From the NCBI GenBank assembly GCA_964567185.1, contig CAZMKZ010000004.1:342-64341 (forward strand): a stretch of DNA of 64,000 nucleotides. Direction: 5' to 3'. Origin of the DNA: an uncultured Thermodesulfobacteriota bacterium (GTDB lineage Bacteria; Desulfobacterota; GWC2-55-46; JADFVP01). Numbering within the stretch: the first letter of the stretch is position 1; each line of letters begins with the position of its first letter. The position numbers and the translations under genes are program-made. Below are positions 8,709-17,504 of the stretch, piece by piece. A model generated the notes under the pieces. That model was not told the origin of the DNA. It worked only from the letters and a program-made list of their open reading frames with translations, and did no database searches.

Positions 8709-8852
8709 ATGAAAAAAATCTGCGAACTATGCGGAAAACCCGAAGATGAGTGCGTCTGCTGTCCCGAGTGCGGTCATGAATGTCCGCTTGACGCGGGAGA
8801 GGATTTCTGCCCCGTATGCAGTCCGCAGGGGACGGAAAGAAAAGGGGATTAG
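8709..8852 (+). CDS. 47-aa cysteine-rich small protein (multiple CxxC pairs, zinc-ribbon-like)
   Basis: MKKICELCGKPEDECVCCPECGHECPLDAGEDFCPVCSPQGTERKGD has 9 Cys in 47 aa. GAGGAGGGGG Shine-Dalgarno lies just upstream. The longer track ORF from 8406 has no coding-like N-terminus. Confidence 0.55.
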   Translation: MKKICELCGKPEDECVCCPECGHECPLDAGEDFCPVCSPQGTERKGD

Positions 8853-8857
8853 CGGCG

Positions 8858-9925
8858 TTACACACCCTTTTTAAAAAGCTCAAATTCCCCGGGGGCTTCG
8901 GTGGTGAGTTCCGGCTCTTCCGGCTCCGCGGCCGGCCCCTCTTCCTCTGTCACATGCCCCATGAGCCCCATGTATATGGGCCTCTCGAACATCTTCTGAT
9001 AAGGCGTCCAGTTGGCTCCCTCCTCGCGGGTCTCTGTCATTACCCGCAGGGCCGCAACCTTGGCGTCCATATCGTCGAGAAATGAGAGCAAGATGGCCTC
9101 GGCAATCTTGGGCCTCTTGGGAGAGCCGTATTCAAGTATTCCGTGGTGGCTCAGGATAAGGTGGTTTACGGCCATCCTGATGTGTTCCGGAAAGCCGGGT
9201 ATCTCGCCGGCTTTTTTGTTTACAAGCTCTACGCCAAGGGTAATGTGGCCGATGAGCTTGCCTTTGTCCGTATAATCAAAGGAGCTTACATAAGATAGCT
9301 CGTAGATCTTGCCGATATCATGGAGTATGGCCCCGGCCATGAGCAGGTCGCGGTTTATCTCAAGGTCTTTTGTGTAATGCGCGGCCACAAAATCAACAAC
9401 AGCGCAGATGGAGAGCACGTGTTCGATAAGCCCGCCTATGAAGGCATGGTGCATTGCCTTGGCGGCAGGTGCTGTCTGAAACCTCTGCCTTACATCGGGG
9501 TCTTCGAATATGGCCTCAAGGAGGGCCTTCAGGTGGGGGTCGCCAAGAGTGGCGATGACCCTGTCGAGGTCTCTTATCATATCTTCGGGTTTTAGCCTTG
9601 ATGATGGCAAAAAATCAGAGGGCGAAGACTCTCCCTCTGGGACCTTTTCTATGGCAGAGACATTGAGCTGTATCACGCCCCTGTAAGAGAGGGCAAAGCC
9701 GCGCGCCTTTACGATATCTCCAGCCTCGAACTCGCGCGCCATGGCCTCGGCGTTGTCCCAGGCCCTCGCGTCCATGGCGCCCGTGGAATCCATGAAGCGC
9801 AGGTTAAGGTAGGGTTTTCCCGCCTTGCTGATGCCCATGTCCTTTCTTGCCACAAGAAAGACGTCGTTTATCCTGTCACGCTCTTTTATGTTTTTGATAA
9901 ATATCTTTTTCATCGGTTTATTCAA
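8858..9925 (-). CDS. OB-fold + HD-domain 3'-5' exoribonuclease (YhaM-like)
   Basis: N-terminal OB-fold region (DVFLVARKDMGISKAGKPYLNLRFMDSTG). HD domain HHAFIGGLIEH ... ILHDIGK. The track start at 9925 is TTG; an alternative ATG is at 9913. Confidence 0.8.
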   Translation of the reverse strand: MNKPMKKIFIKNIKERDRINDVFLVARKDMGISKAGKPYLNLRFMDSTGAMDARAWDNAEAMAREFEAGDIVKARGFALSYRGVIQLNVSAIEKVPEGESSPSDFLPSSRLKPEDMIRDLDRVIATLGDPHLKALLEAIFEDPDVRQRFQTAPAAKAMHHAFIGGLIEHVLSICAVVDFVAAHYTKDLEINRDLLMAGAILHDIGKIYELSYVSSFDYTDKGKLIGHITLGVELVNKKAGEIPGFPEHIRMAVNHLILSHHGILEYGSPKRPKIAEAILLSFLDDMDAKVAALRVMTETREEGANWTPYQKMFERPIYMGLMGHVTEEEGPAAEPEEPELTTEAPGEFELFKKGV

Positions 9926-9943
9926 CTCTCACTATTTTTTGGG

Positions 9944-10915
9944 CTAAGAGACTTGCTCCGCATATGAGATACCCTCTGCGAGAAACCATCTCACGTAGCG
10001 CCTTATACCCTCTTCTATGCCGACCTCGGGGGTAAAGCCGAGGAGCCTCGCGGCCTTTCCCGTATCTGCCGAGGTGATGGGCACATCTCCCGGTACGATG
10101 GGCAGATAGTCTATAACGGCCTTTTTGCCGAGGTTCTCTTCTATGAGGGATATCAGTGTTTTTACATCCACGGTCCTTGAGCCGCCAAGGTTTATTATCT
10201 CGTATTTGAAGGGCTTGTAGACGGATGCCACGAGACCGTTTATGATGTCGCCGACATATGTAAAGTCCCTTATGGCGGAGCCGTCTCCGTAAAGGGGTAT
10301 GGCTTTACCCTCATTGATAAGGCGGGTGAACTTTGCAACCGCCATATCGGGCCTGCCCCGCTCGCCGTACACGGTAAAGAATCTCATGCACGTAATGGGC
10401 ATTTTATATAGATGGGAGTATGTGTAGCACATGAGCTCTCCCGCGCGCTTGGTGGCGGCATAGGGCGAGATGGGCCTCTCCACGGGGTCGTCTTCAGAGA
10501 AGGGGACCTTGTTGTTCATGCCGTATACAGAAGAAGATGAAGCGGCAACGAGGTTTTTAACGCCTGCGGCCCTTGACGCCTCAAGGACGTTGAGCGTGCC
10601 CATGGAGTTGACCTCTTCGTAGAGGCACGGGTCTTCTATGCTGGGCCGCACCCCTGCGCGCGCGGCTATGTGGCAGACCGCGTCGGGGGCCTCGGTGGTA
10701 AAGACGGTAGTCAGCCTTTTGCCATCCCGGATATCAAGCTCGTAGAGCCTGAAGGCGGGGTTGTCCATTACAGAGGCGATGTTTCGTCTCTTTATGGCCG
10801 GGTCGTAAAAATCGTTGAAGTTGTCTATTACGACAACGCTGTCTCCCCTGTCGAGGATGGCCTCTGTAAGGTGAGAGCCGATAAAACCGGCCCCTCCTGT
10901 TATGAGAATTTTCAT
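9944..10915 (-). CDS. NAD-dependent epimerase/dehydratase (UDP-sugar 4-epimerase-like, extended SDR)
   Basis: MKILITGGAGFIGSH Rossmann motif and catalytic YAATKRAGE (YxxxK). Confidence 0.85.
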   Translation of the reverse strand: MKILITGGAGFIGSHLTEAILDRGDSVVVIDNFNDFYDPAIKRRNIASVMDNPAFRLYELDIRDGKRLTTVFTTEAPDAVCHIAARAGVRPSIEDPCLYEEVNSMGTLNVLEASRAAGVKNLVAASSSSVYGMNNKVPFSEDDPVERPISPYAATKRAGELMCYTYSHLYKMPITCMRFFTVYGERGRPDMAVAKFTRLINEGKAIPLYGDGSAIRDFTYVGDIINGLVASVYKPFKYEIINLGGSRTVDVKTLISLIEENLGKKAVIDYLPIVPGDVPITSADTGKAARLLGFTPEVGIEEGIRRYVRWFLAEGISYAEQVS

Positions 10916-11032
10916 GCAGACAGGCTAACATAACCCGTACGAGCGGGTCAAGAAGACAAGTGAGGGGCCGGTTTCTTAAGGGGCCCCTGCGGCGCGCCTT
11001 GACTCCGCAAAAAGGGGTGATAGACTTAACTC

Positions 11033-11797
11033 GTGGATAATCGAGAGATAAAGGCGGATGCGGAGGGTGTGGAGGGTGGCAGTATCCCGTCCATCTCCAC
11101 TGGGCAGATGATTGAGGTTGACAGGATTATGGTGGAAGAGCTCGGCATCGGGCTTATTCAGATGATGGAGAACGCAGGGCGGGCCCTCGCGTCCCTTGCG
11201 AGGGGCCGTTTCCTGAATGGAGACGCACTCGATAAAAGAGTAAACGTCTTTGCCGGAAGCGGCGCAAACGGGGGAGGGGTCCTTTGCGCGGCCCGGCACC
11301 TTCATAACTGGGGCGCCATTGTCCGTGTATACACGGTAAAGGCGGCACATGATTCCCGCAAGGCTACCCTTGCCCAGCTGAGGGCGCTCCGGCAACTGGG
11401 CGTGGAGATATTCGCCTTGGTTTTACCTCCCGCCGGCGAAGTTACGGACCTTATCCTTGACGGGATTATCGGCTACAATCTTAAGGGCCCGCCCCGGGGG
11501 TTATCTGCGGAGTTCATAGATTGGGCCAATGCGGTCAAGGCACCGGTGCTGTCCATGGATGTGCCTACCGGCCTTGATGCCGAAACTGGAGAGGTCCCCG
11601 GCCCGGCCATAAGGGCCGCGGCCACCATGACGCTTGCCCTGCCCAAGAAGGGCCTTGATACCCCGGAGGCAAGGGCCGTGGCAGGAGAGGTGTATCTTGC
11701 CGATATAGGCGTGCCAAAGGAGGTTTACAGGCAGGTGGGAAGAGGTCTTGAGGTAGGTCACATATTCAATAAAGAGACTATAATAAGGTTGCGCTGA
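11033..11797 (+). CDS. NAD(P)H-hydrate epimerase (stand-alone YjeF N-terminal domain)
   Basis: IEVDRIMVEELGIGLIQMMENAGRAL, VFAGSGANGGGVLCAARHL, DGIIGYNLKGPPRG and SMDVPTGLDAETGE match the YjeF_N pattern. GTG start. Confidence 0.8.
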   Translation: MDNREIKADAEGVEGGSIPSISTGQMIEVDRIMVEELGIGLIQMMENAGRALASLARGRFLNGDALDKRVNVFAGSGANGGGVLCAARHLHNWGAIVRVYTVKAAHDSRKATLAQLRALRQLGVEIFALVLPPAGEVTDLILDGIIGYNLKGPPRGLSAEFIDWANAVKAPVLSMDVPTGLDAETGEVPGPAIRAAATMTLALPKKGLDTPEARAVAGEVYLADIGVPKEVYRQVGRGLEVGHIFNKETIIRLR

Positions 11798-11827
11798 TAC
11801 GGGCAAATCCGCGAAAAAGGGGGCAAA

Positions 11828-12694
11828 GTGGACAAACAGGGTAAGGGGCAGGCAGAAGGACTGCCGGATGTAGTGATGCCCCGGTGCGGTCACACAAAGG
11901 TCCTTGTGGGACAGAAGGCCCTTGTCACGGGGGCAAATTCCGGCATAGGCAGGGGCGTGGCCATGGCCCTTGGCCGGGCCGGGGCAGATGTGATGATAAA
12001 CTATTACTCCGGCGAAGAGGCGGCTGAAGAGGCGGCCCGCGAGGTGCGCTCCTTCGGGGCAAAGGCATGCGTCCACCGGGCGGATGTCTCGGTTGAAGCG
12101 GATGTGCAGGAGATGTTTGAGAAAATGAGGCGGGAGTACGGCACTATCGATATCCTCGTAAATAACGCAGGCATTCAGCAGGATGCCCCCTTTACCGAGA
12201 TGACCCTCGAAGCGTGGAACAAGGTCATTGCCACTAACCTTACGGGTCAATTTTTATGCGCCCGCGAGGCGGTGCGAGAGTTCAAGAGGCGCGGCGTCGT
12301 AAAGGAGGTCTCCTGCGCCGCGGGAAAGATAATCTGCATAAGCTCTGTGCATGAGGTCATACCATGGTCAGGTCACGTCAATTACGCGGCCTCAAAGGGC
12401 GGCGTTATGCTTTTGATGAAGAGCATGGCGCAGGAGCTCGCCCCGCACCGCATACGCGTCAACTCCATCGCGCCCGGGGCCGTGCGCACCCCCATAAATA
12501 CAAAGGCATGGGAGACCCGGTCTGCCTACGAAGACCTTATGAGACTCGTCCCATACGGAAGGATAGGCGAGGTGGGCGACATCGGGCAGGCCGCTGTATG
12601 GCTCGCCTCGGACCACTCTGATTATGTAAATGGAGTAAGCCTCTACATAGACGGGGGCATGACACTGTATCCGGGTTTCTCGGAGGGAGGATGA
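11828..12694 (+). CDS. SDR-family oxidoreductase (glucose 1-dehydrogenase-like)
   Basis: ALVTGANSGIGRG, NNAG and YAASKGG motifs. The start is ambiguous (GTG 11828 or ATG 11876). Confidence 0.8.
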   Translation: MDKQGKGQAEGLPDVVMPRCGHTKVLVGQKALVTGANSGIGRGVAMALGRAGADVMINYYSGEEAAEEAAREVRSFGAKACVHRADVSVEADVQEMFEKMRREYGTIDILVNNAGIQQDAPFTEMTLEAWNKVIATNLTGQFLCAREAVREFKRRGVVKEVSCAAGKIICISSVHEVIPWSGHVNYAASKGGVMLLMKSMAQELAPHRIRVNSIAPGAVRTPINTKAWETRSAYEDLMRLVPYGRIGEVGDIGQAAVWLASDHSDYVNGVSLYIDGGMTLYPGFSEGG

Positions 12695-12698
12695 GGGC

Positions 12699-14531
12699 AT
12701 GTATAAGAGGATTAACGACTACGGCATCATAGGCAACCTGGGCTCCGCGGCCATTGTGGGCATGGACGGAGCCATTGACTGGGCCTGCCTGCCGCACCTC
12801 GATTCTCCGGCTATCTTCTTTGCCATACTGGACGAGAATAAGGGCGGGGTCTTTCAGATAGCCCCGGCAGGGGAGTATGACTCGGTGCAGAGCTATGAAA
12901 AACACACGGCCGTACTTGAGACCACCTTTACCACGTCTACGGGAGAGGCCGTTGTTATGGACTTCATGCCCCTGTCGGGCCGGGGTGAGGGGCTGGAGCG
13001 GCCTGTCATATACAGGGTGGTGCGGGGGCTCAAGGGGGAGGTGAAGATGAAGGTCCTCTTCAGGCCGCGCCTTGACTACGGCAGGGAAGAGACGGGCCTT
13101 GAGGTTACATCAGAGGGTGTAAGGGCAGGCGGCGATAAGGATTTTTTAACGCTTACAACGCCGCCGGCGTCAAGTTTGGCCTTCGAGGTCTCCCATGGCG
13201 AGGCCGTGGCCTCGGCCATTGTAAAGGAGGGAGGGGAGTTGGTCTTTGTGCTCGCCTTTAACGAGGGTTTCCAAGAGGCCCCTGACGTGGATATTGCCCA
13301 TGAGGATACGGTGAATGCGTGGCAGAACTGGGCACACAGGTGCGGCGAGGGGCCCTGCGTATACGGAGGGCCCTGGCATGAGATGGTGGTGCGCTCGGCC
13401 ATAACGCTAAAACTCCTTACGCACCGCCATACCGGCTCCGTGGCCGCCGCGGCAACGGCGTCACTGCCGGAAGAAATTGGCGGCGAGCGTAACTGGGACT
13501 ATCGTTTTGCCTGGCTCCGCGACGCCTCCTTTACCGTGCAGGCCCTGAATACACTGGGCCATAGTAAAGAGGCCATGGCCTTTCTGAAGTGGTTTCAGGG
13601 GGTTATCTCATCGCACGCCGACCCCTCGGAGATTCAGATTATGTACGGGCTTCACGGAGAGAGAGAGCTTAAAGAGCTCGAACTTCTGCACCTTGACGGG
13701 TATAAAGGGTCACGCCCTGTGCGCATAGGCAACGGCGCGGCAGGGCAGAGGCAACTTGACGTATACGGAGAGGTCCTGGACGCGGCCTACGAGCTGACCC
13801 GTTACGGGGGCGGTATTGTGGATGAAGACTGGCCTTTCATCTGTTCTCTTGCCGATTATGTTGTAAAGGCCTGGCACGGTAAAGACGCTGGCATATGGGA
13901 GGTGCGTGGCGGGGCCAGGCATTTTGTCTACTCAAAGGTCATGTGCTGGGTGGCCCTTGACAGGGCAGTAAAGCTCTGCGAGTGCCTCGGTCACGACGAA
14001 GAAAAGGCGCGGTGGAGCGCTGAAGCAGAGGCCATTAAAGAGAGGGTCCTGCGTGAGGGGTACAGCGAGAAGGCCGGGGCCTTTGTGCAGAGCTTTGGCT
14101 CTGATACCCTTGACGCCTCGAACCTTCTCATCCCGTTGGTGGGCTTTCTGCCCTTCACCGACCCGCGCGTGCAGGGCACCATAGAGGCCACCATAAAGGG
14201 GCTCAGCAGCGGGGTCTTTGTGCATCGCTACAAGGGGGACGACGGTCTCAGTGGAAGCGAGGGCGCATTCCTCCTCTGCTCGTTCTGGCTCATTGACTGT
14301 CTGACGCTTTCCGGCAGGGTGGAGGAGGCGCGCGCCATGTTTGAAAAACTCATGGACCTCTCAAATCACCTCGGGCTTTTTTCAGAAGAGATAGACCCCG
14401 ACACAGGCGATTTCCTTGGAAACTTCCCGCAGGCCTTTACGCACATAGGTTTTATCAATAGCGCGCTTTACCTCGGCAAGGCCGCGGGGATAGAGCAGAT
14501 GGGGCCGGCGCCCATTGGCACGGAGGGCTGA
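12699..14531 (+). CDS. Glycoside hydrolase family 15 (glucoamylase/trehalase-like)
   Basis: N-terminus INDYGIIGNLGSAAIVGMDGAIDWACLPHLDSP plus an (alpha/alpha)6 region ERNWDYRFAWLRDASF. GGAGGGAGG Shine-Dalgarno. Confidence 0.85.
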   Translation: MYKRINDYGIIGNLGSAAIVGMDGAIDWACLPHLDSPAIFFAILDENKGGVFQIAPAGEYDSVQSYEKHTAVLETTFTTSTGEAVVMDFMPLSGRGEGLERPVIYRVVRGLKGEVKMKVLFRPRLDYGREETGLEVTSEGVRAGGDKDFLTLTTPPASSLAFEVSHGEAVASAIVKEGGELVFVLAFNEGFQEAPDVDIAHEDTVNAWQNWAHRCGEGPCVYGGPWHEMVVRSAITLKLLTHRHTGSVAAAATASLPEEIGGERNWDYRFAWLRDASFTVQALNTLGHSKEAMAFLKWFQGVISSHADPSEIQIMYGLHGERELKELELLHLDGYKGSRPVRIGNGAAGQRQLDVYGEVLDAAYELTRYGGGIVDEDWPFICSLADYVVKAWHGKDAGIWEVRGGARHFVYSKVMCWVALDRAVKLCECLGHDEEKARWSAEAEAIKERVLREGYSEKAGAFVQSFGSDTLDASNLLIPLVGFLPFTDPRVQGTIEATIKGLSSGVFVHRYKGDDGLSGSEGAFLLCSFWLIDCLTLSGRVEEARAMFEKLMDLSNHLGLFSEEIDPDTGDFLGNFPQAFTHIGFINSALYLGKAAGIEQMGPAPIGTEG

Positions 14532-14571
14532 AGCGCCTCGCTTCCTTTTTTTCAAAAAAAAGTGAGAGGCT

Positions 14572-15372
14572 TCATATCCCCTTATAACCTCTCGGCGTAA
14601 TCATAACGCCGTCCCTTACAAAGGTTGATGCATTGCCGATGATGATAATGGTAAGCATGTCTATCCTCTCAAAAAACTCATGAAGCGTTCCAAGTGTTGT
14701 AAGTATGACCTCTTCGCCCTCTCTTGAGGCATTCCGTACGATGCCCACGGGGGTGGAGGGGGCCTTGACCTCGAGCATATCCTTAACGGCCTTTACAAGG
14801 CCGGCCTTTCGTTTTGAGCTCCGCGGATTATAGAGGGCGATGACAAAATCCGCCTTTACAGCGGCCTTTATCCTCTGCGCTATCACCTCCCATGGCGTGA
14901 GGATATCAGAGAGGGATATGGAGGCAAAGTCGTGCATGAGAGGGGCCCCGAGAAGCGAGGCCGCGCTTACAAAGGCCGGCACACCGGGGATGACCTCTAC
15001 GGTAATATCGTCAAGGGTGGGGCCGCCTTTCCCGGAAGATACCATCTCAAGGACAAGGCCGGCCATGCCGTAGATACCGGCGTCTCCAGAGGATACTATG
15101 GCCGTTGTCCTGCCAGAGGCGGCAAGTCCGATGGCCTTTTCGCACCTTGCCACCTCTCCTGTCATGGCCGTGGAGTAGATCTCTTTGCCTTCTGTAAGGT
15201 CTGCGACAAGCTCTACGTATCTCGTATATCCTACGATACACGCGGCCTTGCCAAGCGCCCCTCGCGCCCGCTCCGTAAGCTCGGCAACGGCTCCTGGGCC
15301 GATGCCTACGACGTATAAGAGACCCTTGCCGCCGCCACTGTTACCTTTGCCGTCTTTTGCTTCTTTATCCAT
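14572..15372 (-). CDS. cbiH: Cobalt-factor III / precorrin-3B C17-methyltransferase
   Basis: LLYVVGIGPGAVAELTERARGAL ... VSSGDAGIYGMAG tetrapyrrole methylase signature in a cbi context. The first 22 codons overlap the end of cbiG. Confidence 0.85.
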   Translation of the reverse strand: MDKEAKDGKGNSGGGKGLLYVVGIGPGAVAELTERARGALGKAACIVGYTRYVELVADLTEGKEIYSTAMTGEVARCEKAIGLAASGRTTAIVSSGDAGIYGMAGLVLEMVSSGKGGPTLDDITVEVIPGVPAFVSAASLLGAPLMHDFASISLSDILTPWEVIAQRIKAAVKADFVIALYNPRSSKRKAGLVKAVKDMLEVKAPSTPVGIVRNASREGEEVILTTLGTLHEFFERIDMLTIIIIGNASTFVRDGVMITPRGYKGI

Positions 15373-16382
15373 AACTTTTCTGCTCCAGAAGAAATAAGGG
15401 CCGCGGGCTCTGATACGCCGCGCGCCCCTGTTGCGCTCAATACAAAGGCAGAGCCCTTGCCGGCCCTGGTGTTAAGTTCATCAGCAGTATACAACTCAAG
15501 CTCAAGTCCCCTTGATTCGGCGAACTCCAGCAGACCCTCCTCATCACCCTTGATATCAATGGTGGCCAGCTTTCTTATGCAGAGTGGCGAGACCCCGTGC
15601 CCGCGTAATGCGTTGTCTATGGCCGCCTCTATCTCCTCTGCGCTTGTCCCCCTTCTGCACCCCACGCCCACTACAAATTCTCTTGGCCTGAAGATAAGCG
15701 TACGGGCGCAGAGCCTCTCTGGGATACTGACAATGAGACGGGTCGAGACAAGGGCGCATGTCCCGGCATTATCCCCGTCCCCATCTGTAGAAGAGCGGCC
15801 AAGAGAGAATAGGCCCTCGGCCCTCTTATTTAGAAAGCTCTTTATATCTTCGAGCCTCTCCTGATTCTTATCGAGTACAAGAAGGGGGCCTCCGGCAAGT
15901 ATGGCGGAGTTAAGGGCCTTTATGGACCGTACGTTTTCAATGGCGAGGTTGAACTTCAGGGCCACGTCTTCAATACATGGCAGGTCATTCACATCTGTTG
16001 CCGTAGTCACCACGGGGGTGGCCTTCAGTATGCTTGCTATCTCTTCGGTAAGGCGGTTGGCACCGCCAAGGTGCCCCGATAAAAGGCTGACGGCAAACCT
16101 TGCCTTCTCGTCCATTACCACCACGGCGGGGTCCTTGTCCTTGCCTTTAAGCAGAGGCGCGATGGCCCTTACGGCTATGCCCGCGGCGCCCACAAAGACA
16201 ATGGCGCGCGAAGACTTGAAGGCATCCCGCACAAGGGCGGCGAGATGCCCGCCTTTCATATCCTCGGGGCGGAGTACCCGCACCTCCCCTGCAAGGGACT
16301 CAAGGCCGAGGGCAATATCATATCCCCTTTTTGTAATGGGAATGATTGTGACCCTGTCCTTTATTCCGGCGGTCTTTTTCAT
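15306..16382 (-). CDS. cbiG: Cobalt-precorrin-5A hydrolase
   Basis: AIVFVGAAGIAVRAIAPLLKGKDKDPAVVVMDEKARFAVSLLSGHLGGAN is the typical CbiG N-domain. The C-domain is VGVGCRRG. Confidence 0.85.
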   Translation of the reverse strand: MKKTAGIKDRVTIIPITKRGYDIALGLESLAGEVRVLRPEDMKGGHLAALVRDAFKSSRAIVFVGAAGIAVRAIAPLLKGKDKDPAVVVMDEKARFAVSLLSGHLGGANRLTEEIASILKATPVVTTATDVNDLPCIEDVALKFNLAIENVRSIKALNSAILAGGPLLVLDKNQERLEDIKSFLNKRAEGLFSLGRSSTDGDGDNAGTCALVSTRLIVSIPERLCARTLIFRPREFVVGVGCRRGTSAEEIEAAIDNALRGHGVSPLCIRKLATIDIKGDEEGLLEFAESRGLELELYTADELNTRAGKGSAFVLSATGARGVSEPAALISSGAEKLWIKKQKTAKVTVAAARVSYTS

Positions 16383-16408
16383 GGTGATTAAGGGAAGGGG
16401 GGCCCGAG

Positions 16409-17128
16409 TTATGAGCCCGCTTCTTCCATCTTTTTTAGGATTTCCAGTGTCGAGCGCACCATGACATTAAAAAGTTCACGGCCCTTCTCTGCCGTGGCCT
16501 TTCCGGGATTTCCCCATACGGCCCCCGGCCATTGGCTCTGCTTGTCCGCAACGATGAGGGGTTTATTAAAAGACGGGTATTCCTCTGCCGAGCGGCCCTT
16601 TACGAGCTCCGGGGCGAGGTGAAGGATAATGGAGGTCTCCATCTCGCCTGCGTGCGAGTCGTTCGCTGTCTCGGCGAGTTCCTCGAGTTCGTCCCAGATA
16701 ACATCGTATATGGATAGGGCCGCTATGGTGATGCCGGGCAACGTGGCGGCAAGGACCTCTGCCGCCTCTTTCATGGCCGCCACATGGGCCCCTCCGGCGT
16801 GGCCGGAGATAAGGAGTATATTCCTGAAGCCCTTACTAAAGGCGTCTTGCACGATATCCGTGGTAATACGTCTTAGCGTAGGCGGCGTAATGCCGATACT
16901 GCCGGGGTGCTGGCCCGTAGAGGTGCATACGCCGTAATGCACGGGAGGGGCGATAAAAAAATTCCTCTCTCGCGCCGCCTCTTCGAGGACGCGGCACATG
17001 GCAAGGGTATCCGTATTAAGGGGCAGGTGTCTGCCGTGGGCCTCCAGCGTTCCGTAAGGCACGGCCAGGGTCTGTGTCTTCAGAATCCCTGCCTTGAACT
17101 CCTCCATGGTCATCTCTTCAAGTATCAT
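16409..17128 (-). CDS. Creatininase-family (metal-dependent amidohydrolase fold) protein
   Basis: VPYGTLEAHGRHLPLNTD, ISGHAGG and DSHAGEMETS match creatininase-family metal-ligand motifs. Overlaps the VanZ-like gene by 11 nt. Confidence 0.75.
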   Translation of the reverse strand: MILEEMTMEEFKAGILKTQTLAVPYGTLEAHGRHLPLNTDTLAMCRVLEEAARERNFFIAPPVHYGVCTSTGQHPGSIGITPPTLRRITTDIVQDAFSKGFRNILLISGHAGGAHVAAMKEAAEVLAATLPGITIAALSIYDVIWDELEELAETANDSHAGEMETSIILHLAPELVKGRSAEEYPSFNKPLIVADKQSQWPGAVWGNPGKATAEKGRELFNVMVRSTLEILKKMEEAGS

Positions 17129-17504
17129 GGCCGCTTCTCACTGCGCAGTACCTGTGAAAAAAACAATATAGAGAGACCCCGGCGACCCCGCCGAGACCGT
17201 TGGCAAGGGCGTCAAGGACCGAGGCGTCTCTTTCCGGTATCATGCCCTGTACAAGTTCAATAAAAAGACCATAAAGAAAGGTTATTGCAAGGACCTTAAT
17301 GACCATGCGCCCCGACTTTCTAAGATGCCTTCCCTTTACAAAGACCCTCACCCATAATAACCCCATGATAGCATAGATAAAAAAATGAACGACCTTGTCA
17401 AAGCCCCTGAAGGGGTCCACGCCGTCAGAGACATTGATGACGGATAGAATAAATATAAACCCCATATACAGGAGCGCCAGTATGATGTTCATAGGCCCCT
17501 GCAT
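17118..17504 (-). CDS. VanZ-like small membrane protein
   Basis: DKVVHFFIYAIMGLL ... GLFIELVQGMIPERDASVLDALANGLGG follows the VanZ pattern. Overlaps the cbiF stop by 16 nt (or by 4 nt from the ATG at 17492). Confidence 0.65.
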   Translation of the reverse strand: MQGPMNIILALLYMGFIFILSVINVSDGVDPFRGFDKVVHFFIYAIMGLLWVRVFVKGRHLRKSGRMVIKVLAITFLYGLFIELVQGMIPERDASVLDALANGLGGVAGVSLYCFFHRYCAVRSGHDT

